This document shows positions 1 to 9,648 of a DNA stretch of 56,504 nt, one piece after another (position 1 is the first letter of the stretch; every line of letters begins with the position of its first letter). The position numbers and the translations under genes were made by a program. This DNA is from a virus (Duplodnaviria; Caudoviricetes), in IMG/VR virus record IMGVR_UViG_3300032320_000993, positions 1-56,504 of that record. One strand, written 5' to 3'. A model generated the notes under the pieces. That model saw only the letters and a list, made by a program, of their open reading frames with translations, was not told the DNA's origin and searched no databases.

Positions 1-71
1 GGACCTACAGGGGCCTCAGGCGCTGCTGGCGCTACTGGACCCACAGGAGCTTCGGGCGCTGCTGGCGCTAC
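1..71 (+). repeat. 71-nt terminal overlap identical to 56434..56504 (and to 56308..56378); circular assembly junction
   Basis: Direct sequence identity of the first and last 71 nt. Confidence 0.95.
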
Positions 72-2415
72 TGGTCCTACAGGAGCTACTGGCCCCTCAG
101 GCGGTCCAGCAGGGCCTACGGGGCCTACGGGACCTACGGGGCCAGCGGGGGGAGGTGGCATGGTATACCCTGCTACCGGCATTGCTAATAGCAATGGCTC
201 CAGTTGGGGCACAAGCTACTCCACGACAGGAACTGGAACTGTCGTAGCCTTGGCAACATCGCCTACTTTTGTCACAAGCATTACAAGCCCGCTGGTTATC
301 GGCGGCACAGCGGCTTCGTCACCGCTCACGCTCAGGAGTACTTCAGGCGCTGGCACATCTGATTATATTGCGTTTAACACCGGGTCAAATTCTGAGCGCA
401 TGCGTATCGTGAGCGGTGGGAACGTGGCAATTGGCCAGTCCACAGCTCTTTTCAAGCTGCAAATTACCGACAATGGCGGCGGGGTTACAACTGTAAATCT
501 TTCAAACTCAGACGTAAACCAAGGCACTGGCTTTGCCCTTGGGGACGGGTCTGCCACTAAAGGTGCTATATGGGCTGGCAATGGTAGCTATGCGGCCTTT
601 GGCGGTGCCAATTCGTTAAATTTTGCATCGCTTGGGCCATATGTCTGGTCTAATTATTCAACCTTTGCTGAGCAAATGCGCCTTTACCCATCAGGCGGCT
701 TGTCCTTAGGGGGTGGGTCAGACCCCGGAGCCAGTAGCATTATCGTTGGCGACTCAGTGGATTTTGTTTCAGGGTCGTTCACGACAATCCTGAAAGGAAG
801 CTCTTCAGCAACGGCCTCAGCCACCTATACACTACCCGTTAGGGGTCCTACGGCGTCTGGCTATGTTCTTAGTTCAACCACTGGCGGCGTTCTGTCTTGG
901 GTCGCCGGTAGCGGAGGTGCCACTGGACCCACCGGACCCACGGGCGCTTCAGGTGCCGCTGGGGCCACAGGCCCAACAGGAGCTACAGGGGCCACGGGAC
1001 CCACGGGCGCTTCAGGTGCCGCTGGGGCCACAGGCCCAACAGGAGCTACAGGGGCCACGGGACCGACAATATACCCCGGCACCGGCATTGCCAACAGCAA
1101 TGGCTCCAGTTGGGGCACAAGCTACTCCACGACCGGAACCGGTACTGTTGTGGCCTTGGCAACGTCGCCAACTTTTGTCACAGGCATTACAAGCCCGCTG
1201 GTTATCGGCGGCACAGCAGCCTCGTCACCGCTTACACTTCAAAGCACGTCGGGCGCTGGCACCTCTGATTACGTTGTATTCAAAACCGCCTCGCAAGTTG
1301 AGCGCATGCGTATTTTGAGCGATGGCAAGGTGGCAATTGGCCAGTCTACAGCCCTCTACAAATTGCAAATTACCGACAATGGCGGTGGGGTTACAACGGT
1401 AAATCTTACAAACTCAGACGTAAACCAAGGCACTGGAATTGCCTTTGGAGATGGGGCTTCCTTCACTGGCTCTTCCATCATCGCTGGCAATAGTAGCTAT
1501 TCGGTTTATGGCGGTGCAAATTCGTTAAACTTCTCAGCATGGGGGTCATTTGCTTGGGTAAATGGTTCGACCTTTGCTATTAATATGCGCCTTTACCCAT
1601 CAGGTGGTTTGTCCTTGGGGGCCCCATCGGACCCCGGAGCCGGTAGCATCATTACCAATGGCTCAGTGCAGTTTGTTTCAGGGTCGTTCACAACGACCTT
1701 GCAGGGAAGCGCCTCAGCAACGGCCTCAACCACTTATACACTACCCGTCAGGGGTCCTACGGTGTCTGGCTATGTTCTTAGCTCAACCACTGGTGGCGTT
1801 ATGTCTTGGGTTGCCGGTGGCGCAGGCGCTACCGGACCCACAGGGCCTACGGGCCCCTCAGGCGGTCCAATAGGGCCCACAGGGCCCACAGGGGCTACGG
1901 GGGCTACGGGGGCTACGGGCTCTGGTGCTACAGGGGCAACAGGTCCTACGGGGCCAACGGGATCAGGGAGCATGGTTTACCCGGCTGCTGGTATCGCTGT
2001 ATCGAACGGCTCTTCTTGGGGCACATCGCTCACAGCGCCAGCAGGTGATCTTGTCGGCACAACCGCCACGCAGCCGCTGACGAACAAGCGCGTAACCCCT
2101 CGCGTTCTCGCCTCAACTGCAAATAGCGCCACGCCGACGCTGAACACTGATAATTACGACATGATGGTCATCACCAACCAAGCTGTGACAATAACGTCAT
2201 TCACCACAAACCTTTCCGGCACACCGACCAACGGCCAGAAGCTTTGGATTTCCATTACAGGCCTAACTGGCGCGATTGCGATAACTTCTTGGGGCGCTTC
2301 ATTTGAAGCATCGACAATCGCATTGCCAACCACTACCGTGAGTACCAATCGCCTTGACGTTGGCTTTGTATGGAATGTGGCCACATCCAAATGGCGTTGC
2401 GTGGCGACCGCATAG
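1..2415 (+). CDS. Collagen-like tail fibre, C-terminal part: GPT/GAT blocks, two duplicated ~250-aa modules and a C-terminal beta domain
   Basis: Frame 1 is open from base 1; Gly-X-Y repeats; internal duplication [24 protein letters not shown]...; located in the tail region. Confidence 0.85.
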   Translation, partial: GPTGASGAAGATGPTGASGAAGATGPTGATGPSGGPAGPTGPTGPTGPAGGGGMVYPATGIANSNGSSWGTSYSTTGTGTVVALATSPTFVTSITSPLVIGGTAASSPLTLRSTSGAGTSDYIAFNTGSNSERMRIVSGGNVAIGQSTALFKLQITDNGGGVTTVNLSNSDVNQGTGFALGDGSATKGAIWAGNGSYAAFGGANSLNFASLGPYVWSNYSTFAEQMRLYPSGGLSLGGGSDPGASSIIVGDSVDFVSGSFTTILKGSSSATASATYTLPVRGPTASGYVLSSTTGGVLSWVAGSGGATGPTGPTGASGAAGATGPTGATGATGPTGASGAAGATGPTGATGATGPTIYPGTGIANSNGSSWGTSYSTTGTGTVVALATSPTFVTGITSPLVIGGTAASSPLTLQSTSGAGTSDYVVFKTASQVERMRILSDGKVAIGQSTALYKLQITDNGGGVTTVNLTNSDVNQGTGIAFGDGASFTGSSIIAGNSSYSVYGGANSLNFSAWGSFAWVNGSTFAINMRLYPSGGLSLGAPSDPGAGSIITNGSVQFVSGSFTTTLQGSASATASTTYTLPVRGPTVSGYVLSSTTGGVMSWVAGGAGATGPTGPTGPSGGPIGPTGPTGATGATGATGSGATGATGPTGPTGSGSMVYPAAGIAVSNGSSWGTSLTAPAGDLVGTTATQPLTNKRVTPRVLASTANSATPTLNTDNYDMMVITNQAVTITSFTTNLSGTPTNGQKLWISITGLTGAIAITSWGASFEASTIALPTTTVSTNRLDVGFVWNVATSKWRCVATA
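934..1059 (+). repeat. Exact 63-bp tandem duplication within the collagen block
   Basis: ggacccacgggcgcttcaggtgcc...ggggccacg occurs at 934 and 997. Confidence 0.9.
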
Positions 2416-2427
2416 GAGTTATAATCA

Positions 2428-4170
2428 GTGACTACATATTATTGGTACGGCGGAACTGGGACTTGGGATGGTTTAGACTCAACGCATTGGTCAACTGCGC
2501 CGAATGGCACAGGAGTCCCCGGCGTACCAAGTAGTATCGACGACGTCGTTTTCGATCAAGCCGCACCATATTCAGTATTTTGCGGCAGTGGTGATGGTGC
2601 CGCAAACTGCCTTAATCTAACAATATCTGCGGGAACAGTCACGCTTCGCCAAGGCAGTGATTTGTGCCAAGTACATGGATCGTTAGAAATAATTAACTCT
2701 CCAAATAGTGATCTTACAATAGATTTCTTTGGAAGTGCCTCAAGGACAATACAAACCAGCGGAACTCGATTTGCCGGAGCGCGCTTTAATAACAGTGGTA
2801 CAACGGAATTATCGGGACCATTAACATTATTAGGTGAATTAGCTACTCAAAATGGTAGTCTAGCATTAGATACAAATGGGTACTCAATATCAGCAGGCTC
2901 CCTACGTCTAAGTGGCGGTACAATAAACCTTTTAACTCCGACTACGGTAACGGTGACAGGATCATGCGCCTTAAATAGTGGAACCCTTAATTTAAACGGA
3001 AACACACTTACTTGCGCTTCTTTTAATTCAATTGGCGCTGGTACTAGGTCAATCATCTTTGGTTCAACGGGAAGCATAACAACAACCGGCACAGGAACGG
3101 TTTGGGACACTGCCACCAACACCTCAACGCTGACAATATCAGGAACCTCTCTTGTAAATATTAATAACGGGGCTGGTGCTGCTACCGTAAGCAGCGGAAC
3201 TGCAACTGAGGCAAATTCAATAAGCTTTACATTCAATGGTTCTGCCGCAATTACCTTGAGTGCCGGATCAAAAAAGAATTTAACTTTTAATGGCAGTGGA
3301 AGCGTCACAAACACAGCCCAAACAATTTATGGCAATTTAACAATTAATGGATCAACAGCGTTTACATCCGGCACGAATGCTTGGACCTTTGCAAGTACGT
3401 CACTCACCACTCGCACTATCACAAGCAACTCCGGCACCCTTGGTTGCCCAATAACATTTAACGGAGTTGGCGGAAGCTGGTCTTTAGCTGATAACTTTAC
3501 AATGGTTGGCAGTACAAGGGATATTACTCAAACAAATGGAACTTTAGATTTAAACGGAAAAACGCTAACATGCGCTGGGACATATGTTACGGCAGCGGGA
3601 ACAAAGGCTCTAACATTTAATGGTGGAACCCTACTGCTTAACGGAACCGGCACGATATTTAATAATGCACAACCAACCGGCTACACTACTAATCAAGGGT
3701 TGGTGGGAGGCGGAATTATATACTTTAGCGGATCAACAATTTCAGCTAAAACAGCTAATTTTGGTAATTTTATTACCTATAATTGTTCAATAAGAAAGGG
3801 ATCAAGGGGTAATTTGATCATAACTGGAGCCAATAATACATTTGATGACTTTACAAATGACACCCCAACAGGTGCTTTTGATATTAGGTTTACTGCTGGA
3901 ACATCCAATTCATTTAAAGATTTTAATTTAAATGGAATTTCTGGAACTCTAATAACGCTAACCAGCGTCACAGCGTCACAGCATGTTCTTAATTTTACTG
4001 GTTCTGGACGAGTTTCTTGCAATTATCTGAACATTTCTTACTCACAAGCAAATCCATCAAGTACATGGTACGCAGGTACGACAAGCACGGATAGTGGAAA
4101 CAATTCTGGTTGGATTTTCACCGCGCCGCCATCGGTCGCCAACACAGGCGCATTCTTCCTGATGTTTTAA
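2428..4170 (+). CDS. Beta-helix/adhesin-like tail or receptor-binding protein
   Basis: Thr/Gly/Asn-rich repeats (GTLNLNGNTLT, GTLDLNGKTLT); N-terminal YYWYGGTGTWD; AT-rich DNA; follows the fibre gene. Confidence 0.65.
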   Translation: MTTYYWYGGTGTWDGLDSTHWSTAPNGTGVPGVPSSIDDVVFDQAAPYSVFCGSGDGAANCLNLTISAGTVTLRQGSDLCQVHGSLEIINSPNSDLTIDFFGSASRTIQTSGTRFAGARFNNSGTTELSGPLTLLGELATQNGSLALDTNGYSISAGSLRLSGGTINLLTPTTVTVTGSCALNSGTLNLNGNTLTCASFNSIGAGTRSIIFGSTGSITTTGTGTVWDTATNTSTLTISGTSLVNINNGAGAATVSSGTATEANSISFTFNGSAAITLSAGSKKNLTFNGSGSVTNTAQTIYGNLTINGSTAFTSGTNAWTFASTSLTTRTITSNSGTLGCPITFNGVGGSWSLADNFTMVGSTRDITQTNGTLDLNGKTLTCAGTYVTAAGTKALTFNGGTLLLNGTGTIFNNAQPTGYTTNQGLVGGGIIYFSGSTISAKTANFGNFITYNCSIRKGSRGNLIITGANNTFDDFTNDTPTGAFDIRFTAGTSNSFKDFNLNGISGTLITLTSVTASQHVLNFTGSGRVSCNYLNISYSQANPSSTWYAGTTSTDSGNNSGWIFTAPPSVANTGAFFLMF

Positions 4171-4190
4171 CCCTATTTATTGGATAAATT

Positions 4191-5255
4191 ATGACCTTGA
4201 AAATATGCGTGTATGCCATCTCCAAGAACGAGGAGATGTTTGTTGATCGCTTCTGCGAGTCAGCCCAAGATGCAGACCTGATCCTGATTGCTGACACCGG
4301 CTCAACGGACAAGACCGTAGGCAAGGCCAGAAAGCGCAAAAACGTCCAAGTGCATGAAATCTGCATCACGCCTTGGCGCTTTGACGATGCCCGCAACGCA
4401 GCATTGGCCTTGATCCCCAAGGACTTTGACGTTTGCGTCAGCCTTGATCTGGACGAGGTGCTTCAGCCCGGATGGCGTGAGGAGATTGAGCGCCTGTGGG
4501 TGGATAGCACAAACAGGTTTAGGTACAAGTATGACTGGGGAGATGGCCTCGCCTTCTTCTACGACAAAATCCATGCGCGTCACGGTTATCGTTGGAGATA
4601 CCCGTGCCACGAATACCTGTTTCCGTACATGATTGATGAAAAATGCGCCAATACCGATAAGCTTCTGGTTGTTCACAAGCCAGACCCAACCAAAAGTCGC
4701 GGTCAATATCTCCCGCTTCTCGCGATGGCGGTCAAGGAAGACCAGCACAACCCCCATCACGCATTTTACTACGCCCGTGAGCTTTCATTTCACGGCCTTT
4801 GGCAAGATGCCATCAAAGAGTGCAATCGGTACCTGTCCCTCCCCGGTGCAAATTGGGCCGGTGAGCGATGCTATGCCTACAGGGTCATATCAAAAAGCCA
4901 TCTCGCCCTTGGGGACTGGGACAGTGCCATGAAAGCCGCCCGCATGGCTATGATTGAGGCCCCCGACACCCGCGAACCTTGGGTTGAAATATCCAAATTG
5001 GCATATGAGAAAGGCTTGTGGGCTGAGTGCTACGGCGCGGCCACGACCGCACTGTCCATTAACCACCGCGCTTTCATCTACACTGAGGACCCGTCCGTTT
5101 GGGGCGCTTCGGCACACGATTATGCAAGCATTGCGGCTTGGAACCTTGGCCTAACGGATGTCGCCATTGAGCAATGTAAGCTGGCCATTGAGCATGCGCC
5201 TGATGACGAAAGGCTGCTTGCAAACCTTAAATCCATGACCGAAAAACCGGACTGA
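4191..5255 (+). CDS. GT2-family glycosyltransferase with C-terminal TPR-like repeats
   Basis: KNEE, DTGSTD, FDDARNAAL, SLDLDE (DxD) and HE motifs; helical TPR-like C-terminus. Confidence 0.9.
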   Translation: MTLKICVYAISKNEEMFVDRFCESAQDADLILIADTGSTDKTVGKARKRKNVQVHEICITPWRFDDARNAALALIPKDFDVCVSLDLDEVLQPGWREEIERLWVDSTNRFRYKYDWGDGLAFFYDKIHARHGYRWRYPCHEYLFPYMIDEKCANTDKLLVVHKPDPTKSRGQYLPLLAMAVKEDQHNPHHAFYYARELSFHGLWQDAIKECNRYLSLPGANWAGERCYAYRVISKSHLALGDWDSAMKAARMAMIEAPDTREPWVEISKLAYEKGLWAECYGAATTALSINHRAFIYTEDPSVWGASAHDYASIAAWNLGLTDVAIEQCKLAIEHAPDDERLLANLKSMTEKPD

Positions 5256-5325
5256 GCATCAGCACTAGAACATTTGCTCGACATTTGGTAGAACACGTCA
5301 GTCATTCTCATCACGGCAGGACGCC

Positions 5326-6108
5326 ATGCCAGCAACGCCCCAGACAACACCGCTCACTTATAACGGCTATGTGACGCAAGTCGCGAACATGGCCGTGGTC
5401 AACGTGCAAACGACTGCGGGTGTTGTCGTGGGGGTTGATGACGCCTTTAATGTCACCATTCCTCAGATGCTCAACTATGCTGAGCTCCGCATTCAGCGCG
5501 ACTTGGACCTTCTGCCGTCGCAGACGTCCCGCCCTTACACGCTGACCATTGGCAACAACCAATTGCAGCTTGGGGCTTACGACTTTGTCACAGTGCAGAC
5601 GATTGCGCTAAGCATAGGCGGTGTCACATATCCACTTCTGCCGACCACAAAAGAATATCTGCAAAATGTGTACGGATCATCCGCCGTTGGCAGCAGGGCG
5701 CGTCCAACGCTTTTTGCCATGTACGGCGGCGACCTCAGCACAGGCGGTACAACTTACAACAATATCCTTGTCGGCCCTTATCCTGATGCCGCCTACACTG
5801 TTGATGTCATTGGCACAGTTCGCTTGCCAACCCTCTACCAGAACGCAACAACGGCCCTCGCCAGCACCGGCACGACCTTTATCAGCACCTACTTCCCAGA
5901 CCTGCTGATCCAAGCATCGCTAATTTACATCTCACAGTTCCAGCGCAACTTTGGTCAGGCGTCAAACGATCCTTCTATGGGGCCGACCTACGAATTGCAG
6001 TATCAGAACCTACTTAGGGGCGCTGGCGTTGAAGAGGGTCGCAAGAAGTTCAGCGCATCTGCGTGGTCATCCATGTCGCCACCGGTCGCGGCAACTCCAA
6101 CAAGGTAG
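5326..6108 (+). CDS. Putative head-tail adaptor / tail tubular protein
   Basis: YAELRIQRDL, GPYPDAAYTV and PDLLIQASL motifs typical of podovirus adaptors; position before the stabilisation protein. Confidence 0.6.
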   Translation: MPATPQTTPLTYNGYVTQVANMAVVNVQTTAGVVVGVDDAFNVTIPQMLNYAELRIQRDLDLLPSQTSRPYTLTIGNNQLQLGAYDFVTVQTIALSIGGVTYPLLPTTKEYLQNVYGSSAVGSRARPTLFAMYGGDLSTGGTTYNNILVGPYPDAAYTVDVIGTVRLPTLYQNATTALASTGTTFISTYFPDLLIQASLIYISQFQRNFGQASNDPSMGPTYELQYQNLLRGAGVEEGRKKFSASAWSSMSPPVAATPTR

Positions 6109-6114
6109 CGCTTC

Positions 6115-8211
6115 ATGCCCCACGCCAGTTTGAAGCTACGCCCCGGCGTCGATCAGAACGAAACACCGGCCCTGAATGAGGCGGGGTTCTCAACCAGCAA
6201 CCTTATCCGCTTCATTTATGACCAGCAGCAGGGCGCTTTGGTTCAAAAGCTTGGCGGCTGGACCAAGTATTACCCCAGCCAGACACCAGCCATCACCCGC
6301 GCTCTGTGGGCTTGGCAGGACACGCAGGCCGATAAGCACCTTGCCTATGGCACCAAAGAGATTGGCGTGTCCAACTCCGCACAGCTTGGCGTCATCACAA
6401 ATGGCGTCCTCACCAACATCACGCCCCGCGAGTCTTCAGACAATGTTGCGGCGGCGGCGTCGGCCACAAGCGGTAGCAGCTATGTCATTATTACAGATGC
6501 AACCACAACCGGCATAACCCAGTACAATTCCGTCTATATCGCGACGCAAATTTCTGTTGGCGGCGTTGTCCTTTTCGGCCTGTATCAGTGCGATCCTGAT
6601 GGGTATCTTGGGGCGACGACTTATTCTGTGCAGGCATTGGACGCCCTTGGGCTCCCCCTTGAGGCAACGGCAACATCTACCGCCACAACTCTGCCACTCT
6701 TCTCCGTTGTGGCCGACAGCGCCATTGTCACGGTCACATTGGCCGATCATGGCTACGATGTGGGATCCACATTCCCCGTCCTCATGTCCACGACGGTCGG
6801 CGGCACGACGTTTTATGGCGACTTCATTGTCGATACGGTCATTAGCAGCAGCCAGTTCACCATCAACGCCCTGACCCTTCCGACCACCACCACAACGGGT
6901 TATTTGAATGGCAACCAAGCCCACTTCATTTACAACTTTGGGGTCGGGGCTATTTCCTCCGGAACAGGCTATGGCGTCGGCGCATATGGTTTAGGTGGGT
7001 ACGGCACCGGCACCGCTGTGAGCCCCAGCACGGGCACTGCAATCAATGCTGATGACTGGTCGCTCGACAACTGGGGTGAAATTCTTCTGGCATGCCCCAC
7101 TTACGAACAAAGGCCACAGTTCCAGCCCATTTATGAATGGGACCCCACCGGGTCAGCGCCAACAGCGACCGTCATCCCGCAGGCACCACCTGTAAATGAC
7201 AGCTTCTTTACGGCCATGCCTCAGCGCCAAATTATCGCCTTGGGATCAACCTTTACCGGCATTCAGGACCCACTCCTTATTCGCTGGTGCGACGTAAACA
7301 ATTACACCGACTGGATTGGCACTGTTGTTAATCAGGCCGGGTCATACCGCATCCCCAAAGGGTCCAAGATCGTTGGAGGCCTTCAGGCGGCGCAGCAGGC
7401 CCTGCTCTGGACGGATATTGGCGTCTGGTCGATGCAGTATATCGGTCAGCCATACGTCTACTCGTTCAACGAGATTGGCTCTGGCTGCGGCCTGATTGCC
7501 AAAAAGGCTGCGGCATCAATTAACGGGTCTGTTTACTGGATGGGTCCGTCGCAGTTCTTCTCCCTGACCGGAGATGGCGTCCAGCCAGTCGCATGTCCAA
7601 TTTGGGATGTGATCTTCCAAGACCTCGACCAAAACAACCTTCAAAAAATTCGCGTTGCGGTCAATTCCCGCTTTGGCGAAATCTCTTGGTTTTATCCGAC
7701 CATGAGCAATGGCGGCGAGGTCAATGCATACGCCAAATACAACGTCTTCCTAAAGGTTTGGGACTTTGGAACTCTTGGCAGAACAGCTTGGGTCGATCAA
7801 TCTGTTCTTGGCCCTCCCATTGGCGCAGACCCAAGCAGTCGATACCTTTATCAGCATGAGACGTCCACCAACGCTGACGGACAGGCTATGCTCTCTAACT
7901 TCCGGACAGGCTATTTCGCCATGTCAGAAGCTGACGTGAAGACCTTTGTCGATCAGGTTTGGCCAGACATGAAGTGGGGTTATTATGGCGGGGCTCAAAA
8001 CGCCACGGTCAACCTCACATTTTACGTTGCCGACTATGCCGGACAGACGCCGACCGCATTCGGCCCATATGCACTGACGCAGGCGACGACATTTATCACG
8101 CCACGGTTCCGGGGTCGGCTGGTCTCAATTGGACTTGGTAGCAGTGACGTTAATTCGTTTTGGCGCATTGGTAACATTCGCTACCGCCTCCAGCCAGACG
8201 GGAAGTTTTAA
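6115..8211 (+). CDS. Tail nozzle / DNA stabilisation protein (P22 gp10-like, beta-propeller)
   Basis: 698 aa; WSLDNWGE, IRWCD, GSGCGLIA and PRFRGRL...WRIG motifs; synteny. Confidence 0.7.
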   Translation: MPHASLKLRPGVDQNETPALNEAGFSTSNLIRFIYDQQQGALVQKLGGWTKYYPSQTPAITRALWAWQDTQADKHLAYGTKEIGVSNSAQLGVITNGVLTNITPRESSDNVAAAASATSGSSYVIITDATTTGITQYNSVYIATQISVGGVVLFGLYQCDPDGYLGATTYSVQALDALGLPLEATATSTATTLPLFSVVADSAIVTVTLADHGYDVGSTFPVLMSTTVGGTTFYGDFIVDTVISSSQFTINALTLPTTTTTGYLNGNQAHFIYNFGVGAISSGTGYGVGAYGLGGYGTGTAVSPSTGTAINADDWSLDNWGEILLACPTYEQRPQFQPIYEWDPTGSAPTATVIPQAPPVNDSFFTAMPQRQIIALGSTFTGIQDPLLIRWCDVNNYTDWIGTVVNQAGSYRIPKGSKIVGGLQAAQQALLWTDIGVWSMQYIGQPYVYSFNEIGSGCGLIAKKAAASINGSVYWMGPSQFFSLTGDGVQPVACPIWDVIFQDLDQNNLQKIRVAVNSRFGEISWFYPTMSNGGEVNAYAKYNVFLKVWDFGTLGRTAWVDQSVLGPPIGADPSSRYLYQHETSTNADGQAMLSNFRTGYFAMSEADVKTFVDQVWPDMKWGYYGGAQNATVNLTFYVADYAGQTPTAFGPYALTQATTFITPRFRGRLVSIGLGSSDVNSFWRIGNIRYRLQPDGKF

Positions 8212-8214
8212 GAC

Positions 8215-8556
8215 ATGGCATCATTAAGCGACCTCCTCACTACCGCAAAGAATATCGCCTCAGCCATTAATGGCGTGTCTCAGGCCTATGTGGCCGTGCA
8301 GGGGGCTAAGGTTTTCCAAAACATTGCCGCCACCACGGTTGTCAATAGAACCCCCGGCAGGCTTGCAGTGGTCAGTGTCACGGTCGCAGGAACGACCACT
8401 GGAACCATATACGACTCTGCCTCGACGGGCATAACCAGTCGCCCGATTTACACTATCCCCAACACGGTCGGCGTTGTATTCGTCAATCTTCCAGTGGTTT
8501 ACGGCGTTGTCGTGGCTCCGGGCACAGGTCAGGCTGTCACAGTCAGCTATACATGA
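8215..8556 (+). CDS. Hypothetical structural protein
   Basis: Clean ORF in the late operon, beta-rich. Confidence 0.6.
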   Translation: MASLSDLLTTAKNIASAINGVSQAYVAVQGAKVFQNIAATTVVNRTPGRLAVVSVTVAGTTTGTIYDSASTGITSRPIYTIPNTVGVVFVNLPVVYGVVVAPGTGQAVTVSYT

Positions 8557-8563
8557 GGTTTTT

Positions 8564-9139
8564 ATGCCATTGAAGCACGGTAAATCGCAGAAGGTCATCA
8601 GCGGCAACATCTCTGAGATGATCAAGGCTGGCCACCCTCGCGATCAAAGCATCGCAGCAGCCCTTTCGGCTGCGCGTAAAACCCGCGCCACAGGCGGTCA
8701 GGTCTCGACCAAACTGCATAGCGGCCCCATCCACAGCGCCGTTGCGGGCCGCACAGATCACCTGCCAATGCATGTGGCGTCCGGGTCATACGTCATCCCT
8801 GCTGACATCATCAGCGCGATGGGCGAGGGCAACACCATGGCTGGCTTCAAGCACATGCGTACCATCTTTGGTGGCACCCCTTACACCGGCCAAGAGGAGC
8901 CTTACGGCGTCGAAGGCGGTCCTTACGGCGAACCACTGCCCGGTAAGGCTGAGGGTGGCACTGCGACCGTCCCGATTGTTGCGGCAGGCGGGGAATATGT
9001 TGTAACGCCTGAGCAGGTTATTGAAGCAGGTGGTGGCGATCTCGACACTGGCCACCGCGTATTGGATGAATTTGTTAAGCGCATGCGCGCTGAAACCGTT
9101 AAGACATTGAAAAATCTACCGGGCCCAAAGAAAGATTAA
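8564..9139 (+). CDS. Putative internal virion protein (MPLKHGKSQ... module, GG motifs, GGEYVV motif)
   Basis: GAGG RBS before ATG 8564; SGSYVIPAD and GGEYVV motifs like those in ejection-protein clusters. Confidence 0.6.
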   Translation: MPLKHGKSQKVISGNISEMIKAGHPRDQSIAAALSAARKTRATGGQVSTKLHSGPIHSAVAGRTDHLPMHVASGSYVIPADIISAMGEGNTMAGFKHMRTIFGGTPYTGQEEPYGVEGGPYGEPLPGKAEGGTATVPIVAAGGEYVVTPEQVIEAGGGDLDTGHRVLDEFVKRMRAETVKTLKNLPGPKKD

Positions 9140-9141
9140 TT

Positions 9142-9648
9142 ATGACCGATAAAACGAACCCAGATGATTTGTACATCCGCGTTGGAGTTCCTGAGGACAT
9201 TGATGAAATTATGGTTATCGCCATGCAGGCGACTGAGGAAAACGGCTTCCTTGAAGCTAACCCGCGCAAGCTTGTTGAAGAGATTTACCCAGCCCTGTGC
9301 CAAGATCACGGGATTGTTGGCCTGATCGGCCCCAAGGATGGCGCAATTGAGGGCATTGTGGTCCTTAGGATCGGCGCAATGTGGTACTCAGACGCGCCCG
9401 TCGTTGAGGAAAAGGCCATCTTTATTCACCCTGATTACCGTAGTGCAAAGGGCGGTCGGGCAAGGCGTTTGTGCGAATTCAGCAAGAAAGTGTCTGATAC
9501 CCTTGGAATTCCCCTGATAATTGGTGTATTGTCCAATAACAGGACGGAAGCTAAGGTGCGGATGTATGAGCGCCAGTTTGGGAAGCCAAGCGGTGCTTTT
9601 TTCCTATACGGCGCGAAAACTGGGGATCACTCCAGAACGGAGCATTAA
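9142..9648 (+). CDS. GNAT-fold acetyltransferase-like protein
   Basis: FIHPDYRSAKGG motif A; typical position just before podovirus pilot proteins. Confidence 0.65.
   Translation: MTDKTNPDDLYIRVGVPEDIDEIMVIAMQATEENGFLEANPRKLVEEIYPALCQDHGIVGLIGPKDGAIEGIVVLRIGAMWYSDAPVVEEKAIFIHPDYRSAKGGRARRLCEFSKKVSDTLGIPLIIGVLSNNRTEAKVRMYERQFGKPSGAFFLYGAKTGDHSRTEH

Noticed and set aside
163-1815. Duplicated fibre modules as a diversity-generating retroelement TR/VR pair
   Set aside because: Differences are not adenine-specific, both copies are coding, and no reverse transcriptase is present.
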